Origin: an uncultured Clostridia bacterium
GTDB taxonomy: Bacteria > Bacillota > Clostridia > Christensenellales > UBA1242
Reading direction: 5' to 3'
Length of the DNA stretch: 64,000 nt
Assembly (NCBI GenBank): GCA_944381135.1
Contig: CALWJY010000002.1
Location: 1,929-65,928, forward strand
The notes under the pieces are model-generated. The model made no database searches. It saw only the letters and a program-made list of their open reading frames with translations, and was not told the DNA's origin. Position 1 is the first letter of the stretch, and the number at the start of each line of letters is the position of its first letter. The position numbers were made by a program, and so were the translations under genes. Positions 44,501 to 59,500 of the stretch are shown here, in pieces.

Positions 44501-47500
44501 AAAGCAAATTTATTTGAATTTTCAAGTTTTTCTATTATTACAGAAAGTGGAATTTCAACTCCAACATTTTCTCCACCTTCAATGATGTCTGTCAAAGTGT
44601 CATCTTCAAACACGCCAAACTCACCAATTACACCCTCATCAAATCCAACAAAGGAAATGTCCTGTTGATTATATTCTTCTTCACTATTAATTGTGAAATT
44701 ATATTCTGATGATTCGGTTGTGATTTCAAGATCAATTGATGTATTTAATTTTGTATCCACCTTTCTTATAATTGTCAATATGTTTCCCTCAGAAATTTCT
44801 GACGAGAAAACAGTCACTGGCAATTTAAGATACATTCTTCCTTTTGTGTTATAAAGTTCATCATCAATAATGTCATAGTCCCCAAGTTCAACTGGGATAC
44901 CATCCAGTTGAAATTGGATGTCTAAAACCGTTTCATCTCGATAGTCATTTGAAACTCCAGTGAAAAATGTTTCATCAACGCCCAAAAGGTCAAGATAGAT
45001 GTAATAATAACCTGCAAATTCATCAACATTCTCTTTCCTTAAAGTGAACGTTCCAACTTCTGATTGGTAGGCCAAACCAACAGTAATTTTTCCATCGATG
45101 TAAGGCTCAACAAAATAGAGATCTCCTTCAATGTGAACTATGTTGTCTTCAATGTAAAATGTGTCAATCACTTTAAATTGAGGTTTGTTGTCTCCATCCA
45201 CTTCAATTGTCACATTGTCTTTGCTTAATGAATCGGCATCAATGCTTGAAACCTCAATATCTGCTTTAAAGTGAGCTATGTAAGGAGAAACCACACTTAA
45301 AATGTTGTTTCTGTTTCTTGCAACAGCGACATAATCTCCATCCACATAAAATCTTTCGATCTCGCTTGAATCGTCAAAAATTGCGTTGTCAATGTCCTCA
45401 ATTTCAGACTCAATTGTTGTGGATCCAAAACCAGAATAAACAGAAATAGAGGAGCCCTCTTGCTTTTGCAAATTCCCACGAAGAAAAGTATCCTCAATAT
45501 TGCAATCAAACGCAAGAAGTCCAAAGCCATCTATTAAGGTCATTAAATCTCGTTCATCACCAGTGTCAACACCTTTCAAAACTTGGTCATATTCCACAAA
45601 TGAAACTGAAGAATAATAGGTTGTGTCAGATTGGAGATAATAAACATACTCCTCATCACTTTCGTTTATTTGTGTAATAAAGTTTCCTTCTCCATTTTCC
45701 GTCTTTTGAACACCTGTGGTTCCGTTTTCATCATCAAAAACTGCACTTTCATCAATTGTTCCATCTTCCAAATTTTTAATCATGGAATAATAATGATAGT
45801 CATAATCAACATATCTACGGAACCAAGAAACAAAGTTATCAAAAGTACCCTTTTCTGCATCCCTCACAAAAGTATCATCCCAACCAACTTCTTCTGCCCA
45901 TGTTTTCAGCCAGTCTTCAGCCAATTTTCTTGTCATGGTGTCATTGACATAAATTCTTGCAGGGATGCCATAGGAATCATAACCATTGACTGTATATTTT
46001 ACTGAACCATCATCATTCTTTTCAATTGAAAATTTTGCTTCATAGTCTTCTGAACCATTGCCATTGAAATCTCCATTGTTCAACATTGTTTTTCTGTCAA
46101 ATTTCATCAACTTTGTGTCTGACACTTCACCAACATTTCCATCATTGATTATATTGTCATCTGAAGACGAGCAATCTTCAACAAAAATTCGATTTGATGG
46201 AGCTAAATTTGGCTTCAAACTCGCAGAGCCCGCCTCAACTTCTGTGCCTACAGTTCCAATTCCATATGCATAGACATGTCTTAATTCACCAGGGTTGTAT
46301 GTGATTGTCACATAATAATACAGTGTTGAAGGGTTTTTGGTGAAGTCGGTGTTTTCTGAATAACTGCTTTCATCTCCTCCCTCGAACATCGGCGTGTCGA
46401 AGATCTCAATCTCATAGTTGTCTTCTTTTGTAAGTCGGTTGAGCGCTTCCACCTGTCCGTCATTGATGCACCCTGTGACATTCACATCTTTTTCGCCTGC
46501 CACCGCATACCCAAAAATTCCACCTGCATAGCTGAAATCAGCGTTGACATAACTCCCAGCGCCAACAAGTCCTGTGTTGAAACTTGAAGAAATGTCCGTG
46601 GACACTGCATAGCCCACAATTCCTCCAGCAAGGAAGTTTCCTGATTTGTTTATTGTATATCCTGAAAGCACGGCACCAGCATTGTAGGAATTGTCAATTG
46701 ATGAGTCGTCAGAATATCCAACAACACCTCCAACAATGCTGTCAAATTTTCTCTCTTTTGTATCAGGGCTATTCACTTTAATTGCAAAGAATGAAATCAA
46801 ATTGCTCACATCTCCCGTATAGACATTAGGGGCAATCAAATTTCCACTATTAGAAGAATATGAAACTGAAGTTCTGCTTACAACCGTCTCTGTTCCGTCA
46901 TCTTCAATTTTAACAACCGGCGAAATTTTCCCAAACACACCTCCAACAATCAGATTTTCTGTCAATGTGGAGTCAACATTCACATTTGCTTGAATTGCAG
47001 TTGCCGTTCCTTGAAATTCCGCCACAACACCTCCAACAATTTCTGATTCTGAAGTTGACAAATTTCCAATCACTGTGATGTTTGACAAATTCCCAACAAC
47101 ATTATTTGCAAAAGTTGCCCTTGCACCTTTAACATTAATGTCGGAAAGTCTCAAGTTTTCAATGCTTCCAATCACCTCATTAAACAAACTTTTTTCAAGA
47201 GGAGTGCCAATCTGAGTTTCATAAGACCTACCTGTCCCTAAAACATATGAATTTTCAGTGAATGCGAAATCCAAAGTTCTGCCATTTCCATCAAGGATGA
47301 AATCATATCCATCTTTCCCAACATTTTCAATGTTTTCATCCATCATCACAATGACATTTTCCATATCAATGTCATAGCGAAGCAAGAAACGATATGCTTT
47401 TGTATAAGCCGACCCTGAAGTGTCTGAAGTCTCTTCGACAACCGAAATTGTTTCAAGCATTTGAATGAATTTGCCTTCATTTGGAACACCATAAAACCAC

Positions 47501-50500
47501 TTAAGATTGTCTGCAACACCACTGACATCAACACCTGTTTCTTCATTGCTTGCACCTGTATAAAGTGATTTACTTCCACCTGATGAAAGAATGTCCCAAT
47601 ATGTGATAGGAGTATATTCGTAATTAGGCACAGGGTCATCATCTGAAGTCCCATCTAAAACCACATCTCTCGTATAGGTTGTGACATTTTTCAAATATCC
47701 AAATCCGTGAGACGCATAGCCATAGTTGATGAATGGCGAGAAAAACCATTCCGTGTCATAAGTATCCACTTCCGCATTTGGATCTAAACTCTTCACACTG
47801 AAACTTTCGTCACTGCTGTAAGGCAAAGAAATGGAATCAGCATCAGTTGTTGCATAATTTCCCCCTACACCTTCTGCTCCAGCAGTGCCATTCATAATAT
47901 TTTTGCCGACAAAATAGTTTGGCATGCTCATTGTTCCATCAGCATTTGGCACACCGATGAAATATGTTGCTTTGTCCGGTTCTGTGATACTTTCTGAAAT
48001 AATGTTTGTTCTTTCAAATTGTGCTATTGAGAAGTCATCAATCAAATATGAATATACATTGCTTGAAAAAGTGCTACTCCCGACAAAACTTGCAAATGTG
48101 AAGATTTCAACATTTGTGTATGACAAGATTTTTCCAGAAGAATAGGTTGCCATGATGGTTGAACGAGTGTTTACATTTGCAACTCCGGCAACATGTCCAC
48201 TTGAATTTCCACGATAAACAATGTCTGCATCCACATATGACTGGTTGATAAATCCGCCTTGCATTGAACCAGCAATTCCTGCCAATTCCAAATATGTTCC
48301 AGAAGTGCTTGAAGAATTTGAACTTCCAACAGAAACTTCACCCTTAACCCCAACGCCATAGATGAACGAATTTCCAGTCATCAAGCCAGTCACAGCCCCA
48401 TATGAATATGTTGCTTTTTCGATGTCAATGTCCACCAGAATGTTTGCGTCAATCAAGAAACCTGAAATGACATTGAAGTTTGGTCTTGTTGTTTGATTTA
48501 TTGAAGTGCCATATTCCACACCCATTTCATCAACAAGTCCACCAATATAAGAATCAGAAGTGCCACCTTTCACTTCTCTTGAGTCAGAAAGATTAAGCGT
48601 CTGTCCATTTCCAATCAAAGCGACATTGACAAGTTGAGTTGAAATTGTCTGACTTAAATCAAATGCAACACCCCCATCAGCATCTTGCGAGAATGCAACC
48701 CAAGAGATGTTGTGCGTTTCATCAAGTGTTCTGGTTAACGACGATGACTTAATCACATTATAATCATCGACATTTGTTGAAGTTGCAGGATGATATTCAA
48801 TAAATCTTTCATCGTCATAATTTTCCCAAATGTAAGGATTAAGTTTGTGTCCTTCAGTGAAATCAGATGAAATGGTCACACCGCTGCTTTCCAAAACATC
48901 AAGGATGTCTTCGAAAGAAGCAATTTCGTCTTCACTTCCAATTGATTCCAAAGAAGTCAAGTTGGTGTATCCTTGATATGGCAATGTTGTTCCATAAGCC
49001 AAATCAGTGTTTCCACTTTGCTCTTGATATGCCATGCAGACAACAGAACTATATTTGTTGTCAACAAAGTTCACCGCATCTGCACTTTCTCCAACAATTG
49101 CGTTGACGTTATATTCCAACGCAGAATGTGTGCTTCCGCTGTCACCTGCGTTCACTCTGTTGTTGAAAGATGTCATGATGGAATTGCAATTTTGGATTGT
49201 CATGTACGTTGCCTTTCCGACAATTCCACCAAAGTTATAATCTTGAAGTTCATAATTATGATATGTTGTTGTGACGTTTGTTGTCTGTGGAAGATAGTTG
49301 ACAAACACATCTCCATAGGAAGAAGAATTATAAATTTGGAACTGGCTGTTTTGTGGGTCGAAACTTCCATCTGAGAGTCCCTCGGAATTGAATTCACCAA
49401 CAATTCCGCCAACACTTGCAGTCCCGCCATCAAACTTGCTTCCGAAAATCTTGACTGCTCCACCAAAAATGTAGTTTGAGATGTGAACATATTGATCTGA
49501 GTCTTCATAATCTGAGCGTCCAACATAGCCAATAGTGCCACCAAATTTAAGATTGTTCACATCCGCAAGCACAGTTCCAGTGTAAGAAACATAGGAACTT
49601 TCTTGAATGTTGACAGGATATGCAACTGGTTCGTCTGTAGAAGATCGAACTCCTGCAAGGAATCCCAAAAAACCTCCCACATATGCATAAGAAGAAAATG
49701 CACTTGTTCCGGACGCAGATGAAACATCTTGCACAGCAATGTTAATTGCAATTTCTCCGGACATGTTTGTTTTGATGCATCCAAATGCTCTTCCAATGGC
49801 TCCACCAACTGAAACAATGAAAGTTTGACCCGGAGTTGTGAAATCTTCAGGGGTGTTTGTGGCAACATCAATTGCCCCTGAAATTTCAATTGTTCCTCTA
49901 ATGTCGATTGTAGAATCTGTTGCGTTTCCAATCAAGCCACCAAAAGAATCTTCTCCGCTGCACCCGGAAACAGTGAATGGTGAAAGGTTGTAATCATAAG
50001 CATTTTGAGCAAAAATTTCATCATAATTTTCAATTGCACTGTCATCATCCAATTTTGCTACAGTCAAATTGACGCTGAGTCCTGTGATTGTGACAGCAGT
50101 TTCCGCATGACCAATCAAACCACCAACATTTGCATTTGATATTGTTGCGTCGGCTCCTTGATAGATTGCACCGATGATTTGTGACATATCAGAAGGATTG
50201 ACACTCAGTCCTCCACCAAGGACAACTTGTCCAAAACCTAAGCCGGCATACAACGTTCCAACTGAAACATTTTGATGAATTGTGATTCCTGTCTCATAGT
50301 CAATGTCTCCTCCTTGAGAGATGACAGTCACTTCAGTTACGCCATTCAGTTCACCAACAAAACCACCAATGTAAGCATTTAAAATTGTCTTATCAGTGTC
50401 ACTTTCCACGATGTTGAGAATGACATCTGTTGTGTCAGTGATTCCAACATTCAGTCTTCCTCTGTTAGATCTTACTATTGCTCCAGCATACAGTCCTGCA

Positions 50501-53500
50501 TAAAGTGACGAGTCTCCACCAATGTGTGAAACATTAAAATCTATGACAACTGGTTGTTCTTCTTCATCCAGATTCATAAATTCAAATTGCAAACCTTGAA
50601 TTGAAACAGAATTGAAATCATTGTTTTGTTCAATATATCCAGCCAGAACACCTAAATATGCATTATATGAAGAAGAATCATCCAATCCAAATGTGAAAGT
50701 GAAACTGCTTTCTCTTAATGTAATTATTGTGCCAACAATTGTTGTTGAATATGCCACACTTGCAATCAAACCTGTTGACAAAATTCGTTCATCGCTTCCT
50801 TGAATTGTAACTGTACCTGCTGTAAGACTAATGTTGTTGTTGTAAACCAAATTCAAGTTTGTGAATGTTGCTCTGGAAACATCGCCCGCAACTAAGGAAT
50901 AGTTCACGGGATTTGTTGTCCCATCTGAAGATGTTTTTCCAGACATATAGATGCTCAATCCCTCAACAACCGCTCCATCCGCAAGACTGTTGAACAAACT
51001 TCTGTTGACAATAAGACCAACATCTTCGCCCAGTTCTCCTCCTTCACCAACATTGTCTCTCACATTAACCACACCTTCTGAGCGGTCATTCATATAGCTT
51101 GAATAGGAGATCAATGTTCCACTGAAATTTGAAATCCCCGCGAATGTTTCACTGACAACACTGAAATCAGTCAAATTAATGTCAGTATATTCATTATTAT
51201 ATTCTGAATCTTCCACTTTCCCTCTAACAATGACAGTTAAGTTTGGATTTTCTCTCATTTTTTGAATTGTTTGTGGTGTGTTATACACATCCCAGAACCA
51301 AATGTTGTTTTGTGGAACCAATTGAATGTGTGGGAAGAGATCATCTTGAGAATGTGTCCAAAATTCATCCGACCAACCATTCTCAATAAAATAACTATTA
51401 AATTGGTTATATGCAGCCGACATGCTTGCAAGTGCACTACTTCCAATTGAGGTTGCATTCAAAACGTATTGGTTTGCATTAGATCCGCCTTGAGAGTCAA
51501 AGCCAAATAAGTTAAGATTGACCATGTTCTGTCCAAAAACAATTGAAGAATATCCACCCACTGTGTTTGTACCAACGATGAATCCACTAGCGCTTAAAAG
51601 GTTGTTTGTTGCAACATCAAAATATTCATTACTTGAAGCAATGAGATAAAGCCCAGAGTTTAGGTTTGAACTCACCGAAACACCGGTTTCATTAAAAATT
51701 GAACCCACCAATGCATAGTGATGACTTGATGTGCTTGTTGCATCTCGAGTTGTCTCATCTCCAAGAAGACTTGCACCGCTGAATGAATAATAATTCATTG
51801 CAAGGGCATTTTTCAGTGCAATAACAGGAGAAACTCCACCAATTCGACCAATTGCACCAATAAGTCCACCACTCACAACAACAGGAGCACCATCTTCAAC
51901 CGCAGTTGAATGCAAATCTCCCGAAGCATAAACTTCATTCAACAGTATGTTGATTTCCGGCTGTCCGTATGCAAGAGTAAGGTCATATGAAACACTTGAA
52001 ACTCCAACCATTCCAACAATTCCACCAATTGCTTTGGTCTCTTGAGTGTCAACAATTACATTCAACTTGCTGTATCCAGTGCTGATGAATCCTCCGCCCA
52101 TATATCCAACAAGTCCACCAACATAAAGTGGAGCATCCGTGTCATTAACTTTATGCGAGAAGATGTCCTGTTGTCCTTTTTCAACATCAGCGTTGCCGTT
52201 ATAATATGCATTTTCATTCTCTTCAATCAACTCTTGAATTTCATCAGAATAACTTGCATACACAGCAAACAAACCGCCGTAGTTCTCTCCAACAAGACCA
52301 CCCGCATACAAGTTTTTGGCAATTATGTATGAAGGGTTATCTCCAGAATCAGAAGCGTCCAATTCCAAATTTGCGTCATAAACATATGTCGAGTTTCCAA
52401 CATATCCAAAAAGCCCACCAGCAACTTCGCCATAGATGTCAACCGCGTCAGTGACATGAATTTTCACAATGTCATAATCGCTGATTTCAAAAGTGTTAGA
52501 ATATTCAACAAAGTCGGAACCAGCTTGACTGCTGTAAACATCCACAAAGCCAACAATTGCGCCCGCATATGAAAGCGTGCTTACAGTGTCTCTCAAATCG
52601 CTTTCTGTGTCAACAAGATTTCTGAGCCTGCTTATTGCTGCATCATTTGCACCAACAATTTTCGAACCGCTGTATGAAGATGAATAAACCACAATGTTGG
52701 TTGCTGTCACATCATACATTTTGCTTTGTCCAAAAAGCATTCCCACAACACCACCAACAATGTTGTTTCCAAGAATTGAAGTGCCCTCATCATTTGTGCT
52801 TGATGGAGTGATGGAAATTGCCACAATCACACTGTCGTTTGCAACTCCAGCAAGAGTTCCAACAACGCTTGCTTGCGCGTTGTGAATTGAATCAACAATA
52901 AGATTCAAATTCATGACAATTGCCCCGTCAAGTTTTTTGAAAAGCCCATAACTGTCAACAGTGTCTCTCGCACCCAAATTTATGTTTGAAATTGTGAAGC
53001 CATTTCCGTCCAAAACTCCAGAGAATGTCTTGTTGAAAGTTGTAAGGTTTGCCGAACCTTCTTCTTCGTTGTTTTGGTCAATTTCAGACATGTCAACATC
53101 ATTGACAAGACGATAGTGTCCCGAAATTTCTGTGTCGGTGTAGTGTTGACGATAGTATGAAATTCCGCCATCTCCCAACGCGTCACCTGTTGCCATAACA
53201 AAATCATAGGCATCTCTGATGATGATTGGGTTATTTTCGCCGCCATATGTGATGTTGACATATTGTAATGTGCTGACATCTGGAAGGGACGTGCGATAGA
53301 ATATGCTGGTCAAAGAATTGTTTGTCACGGCATATCTGTTTGAAATTGCAATCTGATTTGCACTGACAAGAGTGATTCCTCTGCCTGTGGTTGTCCAAAT
53401 TCCGTCAGTTGAAGTCTCTCCTGAAGTGAAACTGAAACCATACAAACTGTCTGCAGGAGAATTTACAAATGTTGCGCTAAGTTCAATCACGCCCGGCGTC

Positions 53501-56500
53501 AGTGCTGTTTGGTTGGAAACATCTGTTCCGCCATTATAATAGTATGAATTTGTGATTGAACCCGTGTTTAAAGATGTCAATGACGAATCAACACCAGAGA
53601 ATGGTTTTTGGTTGCTGTCAGTTGACAAAACTTGACTTGCCGAGAAACAAAGACTGATGTTGCCAGAATTTATGTAAACAAATCCAGCAGCATAAGAAGG
53701 TCTTGAAGTTTCGTTTTCAATGGCAATGTTTGAATATGCATTCTTGATTTCACCAATGTTTTCATAAACAAAGCCTCCAACAACACCCATTGTTGTGATG
53801 TTTGAAGCAGTGAATTGAATTTCTGCTTCAGTTGCATCTGAAGCACTTGTCTGCACGCCTTCAACATAACTTGCTTGAATGCTGTCGGTGTTTGTGATGA
53901 CAAAACCTGCTGTTGTGGAAAGTGTCGATTCGGTGTTGTTGTTGATTTGCAAACTCTTTGCAAAACTTGAACTTATGTTTCCAGAGTTTGAAATTGCAAA
54001 CCCTGCAACATTATCTTGCCCTTGAATTGTGAAAGTGCCAAGTGTTTCTGTTTGGAGATATGGGTCTTCACCAACCAAAATTACATGTCTGAAACTTGAG
54101 CCACCCACACGGCTGTTGACAATGGAAGAGGTGTTTGTGATGACAAAACCTGCAATATTGCTTGAAAGACCATAATATGAAATCAATCTGTCTGTCAAGT
54201 TGACAGGGGTTGTGTTTTCTCCAATGGTGTAGTTCACCACAATTCCGTTGGTGGAGAAGTTTGTTGTTTGCGCTTCGCTTCGATAAGACACCACTTCACA
54301 ATTGTAGATTGTCCCATCATTTCTGATTGCGAAACCTGCAATGTTGATGTCACTATATTGTGCAATGTTGATGTCAATTTGCCCACCTGCATAGATGTTT
54401 ACACGCACATTTTTAAGAGTTGTGCCCTCAACAACATTGTTGAACAAAGCCAAATTCAAAGTGTTTCCGGTTGGCATTGCAAAACTGTTTATGTGAATGG
54501 TGTAACCATTTCCGTCCAAACTTGAAATCAAGTCTGTGTCAAGTGGCGTATAGTCAGAAAGCGTAATGTCATTCATCAAGATGTAGTCATCTGGCTGTTC
54601 TGAATTTGTGGCATAATCGACAAACTCTTCGGCTGTTGTGATTTGTGTTGGTGTTTCTTCATCCGACCAAATGTCCACAACAATAAGGAAATAATAATCA
54701 TATGTAAACACTGTGTTTTGATATATGACCGTGGTTGTAAGTTTCATTAGTTGACGACCTGTTCTTGTTCCGGTGATTTCCAAGACATTTCGATTTTCGT
54801 CTTCTTCAATTCTGAACAAATCGTTTTGATTGATGTGGTCATAGTTTTCATTGTAGATTGGTGACGAACTGCCATCACCCTCTGCAGTTGCGTAAGAAAG
54901 TTGTTGCTTAAGCGTCAAAGGAACACTGTATCTTCCCGTTGTTTCATTAAGACCATAATTGATGTAATATCCAACGGTTTCATTTGCATAGTTAAAGTCT
55001 GTCAAAAATTCTTCTCTTTCACTCAACAAAGTCTCAACAGCGCTCACTTGAGACGGGTCACTTGGGTCATAGTTGTATGTTTCAGGCATAAGAGGATATG
55101 TGAACGAAAGTGGATCTGTTGCACCAATATAGGAATAGAACACATCATATGTTCTGCCATTATATGTGGAGGTTGAACCAGAGCTGTTCAAAGAAATGTT
55201 GTCAGCATCCAAAGTGAAATCAACAAGATAGATTGTTGCTGTGCTGACCTTAATTTCAGGGTCAACATATCCACTTAATGTTCTTGAAACGGTTGCATTA
55301 ATTTGGAAAATTCCATTTGACGCCCCATTTGCAAGCCTTGCATCAACATCTGCGGTCACATATGCCGTGTAAATTCTTTGATTTCCAACATCTTCATATG
55401 TATAAGCGGTAAGGCTGACGCCATAGCCCGCACTTGTGTTTTGAAGTGTCAAACTGTCAAGGTTCTGGTCAAGTTCAGTGGTCACAGTCACAGTTGCGCT
55501 TTCACCCTTGGCAAGAAGATAGGTTGATTGCCCATTCACGCGGACAGTTGCAGCGGAAAGGTAGTCAACATTTAGGTCGATTGACCCCCAATCTAAAAGT
55601 TCGTCTCCATTATAGAAGTTTGCGGTCAATGTCACTTGGCTGTTTGCCGTGAAAGAACTGTAAACATAAACTCGGAAATAGAAAACTCCGTCTCCTGTTT
55701 TGTCTTCGTCTGTCAAATCAACTTGAAGTCCATTTATGACAGAAGAAGTTGAACTTGAACTTGCATAGAAGCCATAGTTTGCACTTCTTTCAAGTTTGGA
55801 AATTGAAATGACTCCCGACCCACTTCCAGAATTTTGATATGTCAAAGTGAAATGTGTCATAAGTGCATATGCTGGGTTGATACTGACAGTCACAATGGCA
55901 TCCGATGCAGGTGAAAGAGTGTTCAGTGTTGTGCTTGAAGGACGATAGTATGTGGTTGAACCATTCACTGAACGGCCGGAAATTGAATAGGTTTGAATGA
56001 AAATGCTTTCAACATTCTGCGTGTTGACAGTCAAGTCCACAGTTTTCAAAAGATTTGTGTTGTTTCTTTGACTGAGTGCATTCACAGTCAGTTGAATGTC
56101 ATATTTTTTGTCAACAAGATGACGATGTGCAGAATTGACTCTTGCAACCACATGAAATCTATATTCTCGCCCATTTTGTGAAACAAGACCCCATGTCACA
56201 TCAAGTTGCAATTTGTCATCCACCTCAAACGATGTGGAAGTTGCACTGCTGTCTGCAACTCCTTGCAAAGTTGTGCCATCATAAATCAAACCAAACACAA
56301 GATTGTCTTGAGCATTGTCTGAAATCAATGTGACATCAAACTCTGCATATTCAGAAGTTTTGAAAGAGAGGTTGTTTCCACCAGAAACCTCAAGTGCTGT
56401 TGCACCATCAAAAACCACAGCAACAAAGTCTCGGTTTTGCTCGGCCTTAATGGCATCTGAAAATACTTCATCCAAATTGGATGTGACAATGCTTGCCTGA

Positions 56501-59500
56501 ACGCTTGTTTCAGAATCGTTTGAATGACTTGAAATTCCTGTCAAAGAAAGTGTGTTTCCATTTAAAGTTGCTCTGATGTTTGCGTCACTAAGCGAAATTG
56601 AGCCATTTGCAACATTCTCACCCAAGGCAAAATCATATGAGTAAGCCCCTCGCACGCTTTGATATGGATTGGAATTAAGATAAATGGTGTTGTCCATTGA
56701 GAGTGACACAGAAACAGTGCTGTCTTTTTGCACCATAACCGTCTGCCCGTCTGAAAGCGTTTGTCCATCCACAGTTGTGACAAGAGTTGGAATGTTGTTT
56801 AAAACAACAAATTCAAAAGTTCGACTTTGTGTGAAATCCATTCTTGAATGAACTGTCACCTCAAATTCACTTAAATTTGTGCTTAAAGTCCTGATTGAAC
56901 CAGACTCCAACAAGACACTTGAAGATGGAGTTGTCAAAAGAAGTGTGTTTGCCTGTCTTTCAGTTTCAAGTCCAAAAAGTTGAGAAAGTGAAATTGTGTT
57001 GAATCTTTGAAGGTCAGATTGTTCTGCCGAATTTAGTCCATTTGCCGTCTCTGAAGAAACTGCATATAAGAACAAAATTCCTTTCTGCTCTCCCTTTTCT
57101 GAAGAAACATCCAAAGCCTTAAGCACAGAGTCTTCAACTCGAGAAATTGAAAGAGTTGAAACATCCACTGCAACATTTTGTGTTATGCTTTGAAGATATG
57201 GAAGTCCAAAGTTGACATCTGCATCAATGTTTTCTGTCACCCAAATTGAAGGCAACAAAGCATCAAAAGCACTGCTCACATTGAAAGTTGCAGAGTTTAC
57301 ACTGCCGGTTGAAGTTGTGAACCAAATATATGAATTGATTTGTCCATTATAATAATATGAAACATAGGAATCAACAACCGTGACATCTCCTTGGCTGTTT
57401 ATGGAGTTGTTTCCAATTGTTGATGAAGCATTCTGCAAGTTGCCCATGAAAGCAAAACTTTGGTTCACGCTTGCACCAATTTCATAAACTCCCATGAACG
57501 CCCCAACAACACTTGTGTTTCGAATGACTGTTGAAAAGCCTGCGTCTGCAACATCTTCCATTGGATATGCATAGGCATATGACGATGAAATCTGACTGCT
57601 TTCAGATGCATAGCCCACAATTCCGCCAAAAATGCCAGAATTTGAAGTTGTGACTGTGTTTGGAGAAACAATGTCTTCTCCGTCAGAGCCTGTCCCCGTG
57701 ACAAAATTATAAAATTCCACGCCCGAACCTTGAATACTTCCGCTGTTGAATCCTGCAATTCCGCCAACATATTGCTCTGTGCCACTCAAAGAACTGCTTG
57801 AATTGATTGTCATTCCATATGTGAAAGAATTGATGATGTTTCCATAGTTTTCGCCCGCAATTCCACCAATATATGTGGTTGCGTTTGTGGAAAGCGTGCT
57901 GCTTGAATATCTTTCATTTGTTGCATAATAAACATCCACAACAACATTTTGAATTGTTCCATTGTTGACGCGCGCCAAGAAACCAGAACTTGTGTTTCCC
58001 GCAACATCCGAAACATTGCCAGCAAAAGTCAAATCACGAATTGTTCCGCTGTTTTGGTCAACAAACACTTGGCTTTCTCCAGCCATTGTGAGTGTGATGT
58101 TGTCATCATTTCCAAACAACATTCCGCTGAAAGTTTCAAAAGATTGCCAACTGTTCAATGTGATGTTGTTCATGATTGTGTAATATCTTGCTGTGTCAAT
58201 TCTTCTAAGTTCGCTTTCGTTATAAATTCTGATTGCCGTCTCTTCTGTCAGTCCATCCGCAATCGTCACTTTAATTCTCAAGATGATGTTTGCATTATAA
58301 ACTTTTTCGCCGTCATTGTTGAGGAAATAATTGGAAAATTCACCATCATCGTCATTCAACTCACCCTCGCCAACAATGTCTTGATAGTTTTCTTCCAATT
58401 GGTCAAGAGGAACATATTTCACCTCTTCAACAATGTCTCCGTCCACATCTGTGGAATAGGAATAAAGCAAAACTTGATTGATTCCGTCCACATTTTTCAC
58501 CATGTCACTTGGCAAAAGATAGAGATATCCCACACCGCCAACTTCAGTGTTTATGCTGAGGTTGAAAGTCTGCGCTGTCTCATTTGTGCTTATGTTGAGG
58601 TTTGTGCTTGCACCGGTGTAAACCCATGTCAAACTGCGGTCATTTGCATTTGCTGGTGAAATTGAAGTCGAAATTGTTGCTCGTCTTTCCGATTGAGATT
58701 GTGAAGTCAAATTGAGATAGATTTCTCCGTCATATGTTTCATTCACCCATGTGACATTTTCCACACGGTTGACATTTCTGATTGTGATTCCAATTTCCAA
58801 ACTTCTTGAAAAGCCATTTGGGTCTTGATATGTCACACGCAAAGTGTCTTCAATGACAGTTGCCAATCTTGTTGAATCAGCAGTGATTCTGAATGTGAAC
58901 ATTCTGCCTTGATTCATAAATTGCATGTTGCTGATGGAATAGTAACCATTGCTCAATCTCAGTCCGGTTTCATCCAAAGAAAGTGCATATCCCTGTTCTG
59001 AAGTGAATGTGAGATATGAAAGGTCTCCTGTGTAGGTTGGAATGATGTCGTCGTTTCTGAATGAAATGCTCACATCAACATATGAGCGTGCGATGTCACT
59101 TTGACTTAAAGTTTCCACAGTATAAAGCAATGTTTCTCCAACTGTAGAAGTGAAATTGGTCACTGAATGCAAACTTTCCAAAGCAAATGCTCTCAAAAGG
59201 ACAACACTTTCATGATTCATGTCAAATCCACTGAAGACAGCCACCACAAATCCACGAAAATCATTGTTTGAAACAATCAATCGGTTTTCATAGATGTTAA
59301 ACATGGAAACATCCACATCCGTGAAGTTGTTAAAGAAGTTCAAAACGGCATAATCTGCGCCATCGCCACTTCTGAAAAGTTGATTTGCCAAAGTTGTCGC
59401 TTCTTCCAAACTCAAACCTTCCAACCCTCGAATTTGTGTGACAAAATTGTCAAATGAAAGATATCTGAATGTCACTCCCTCTTCAGAAAGAGATTGATAG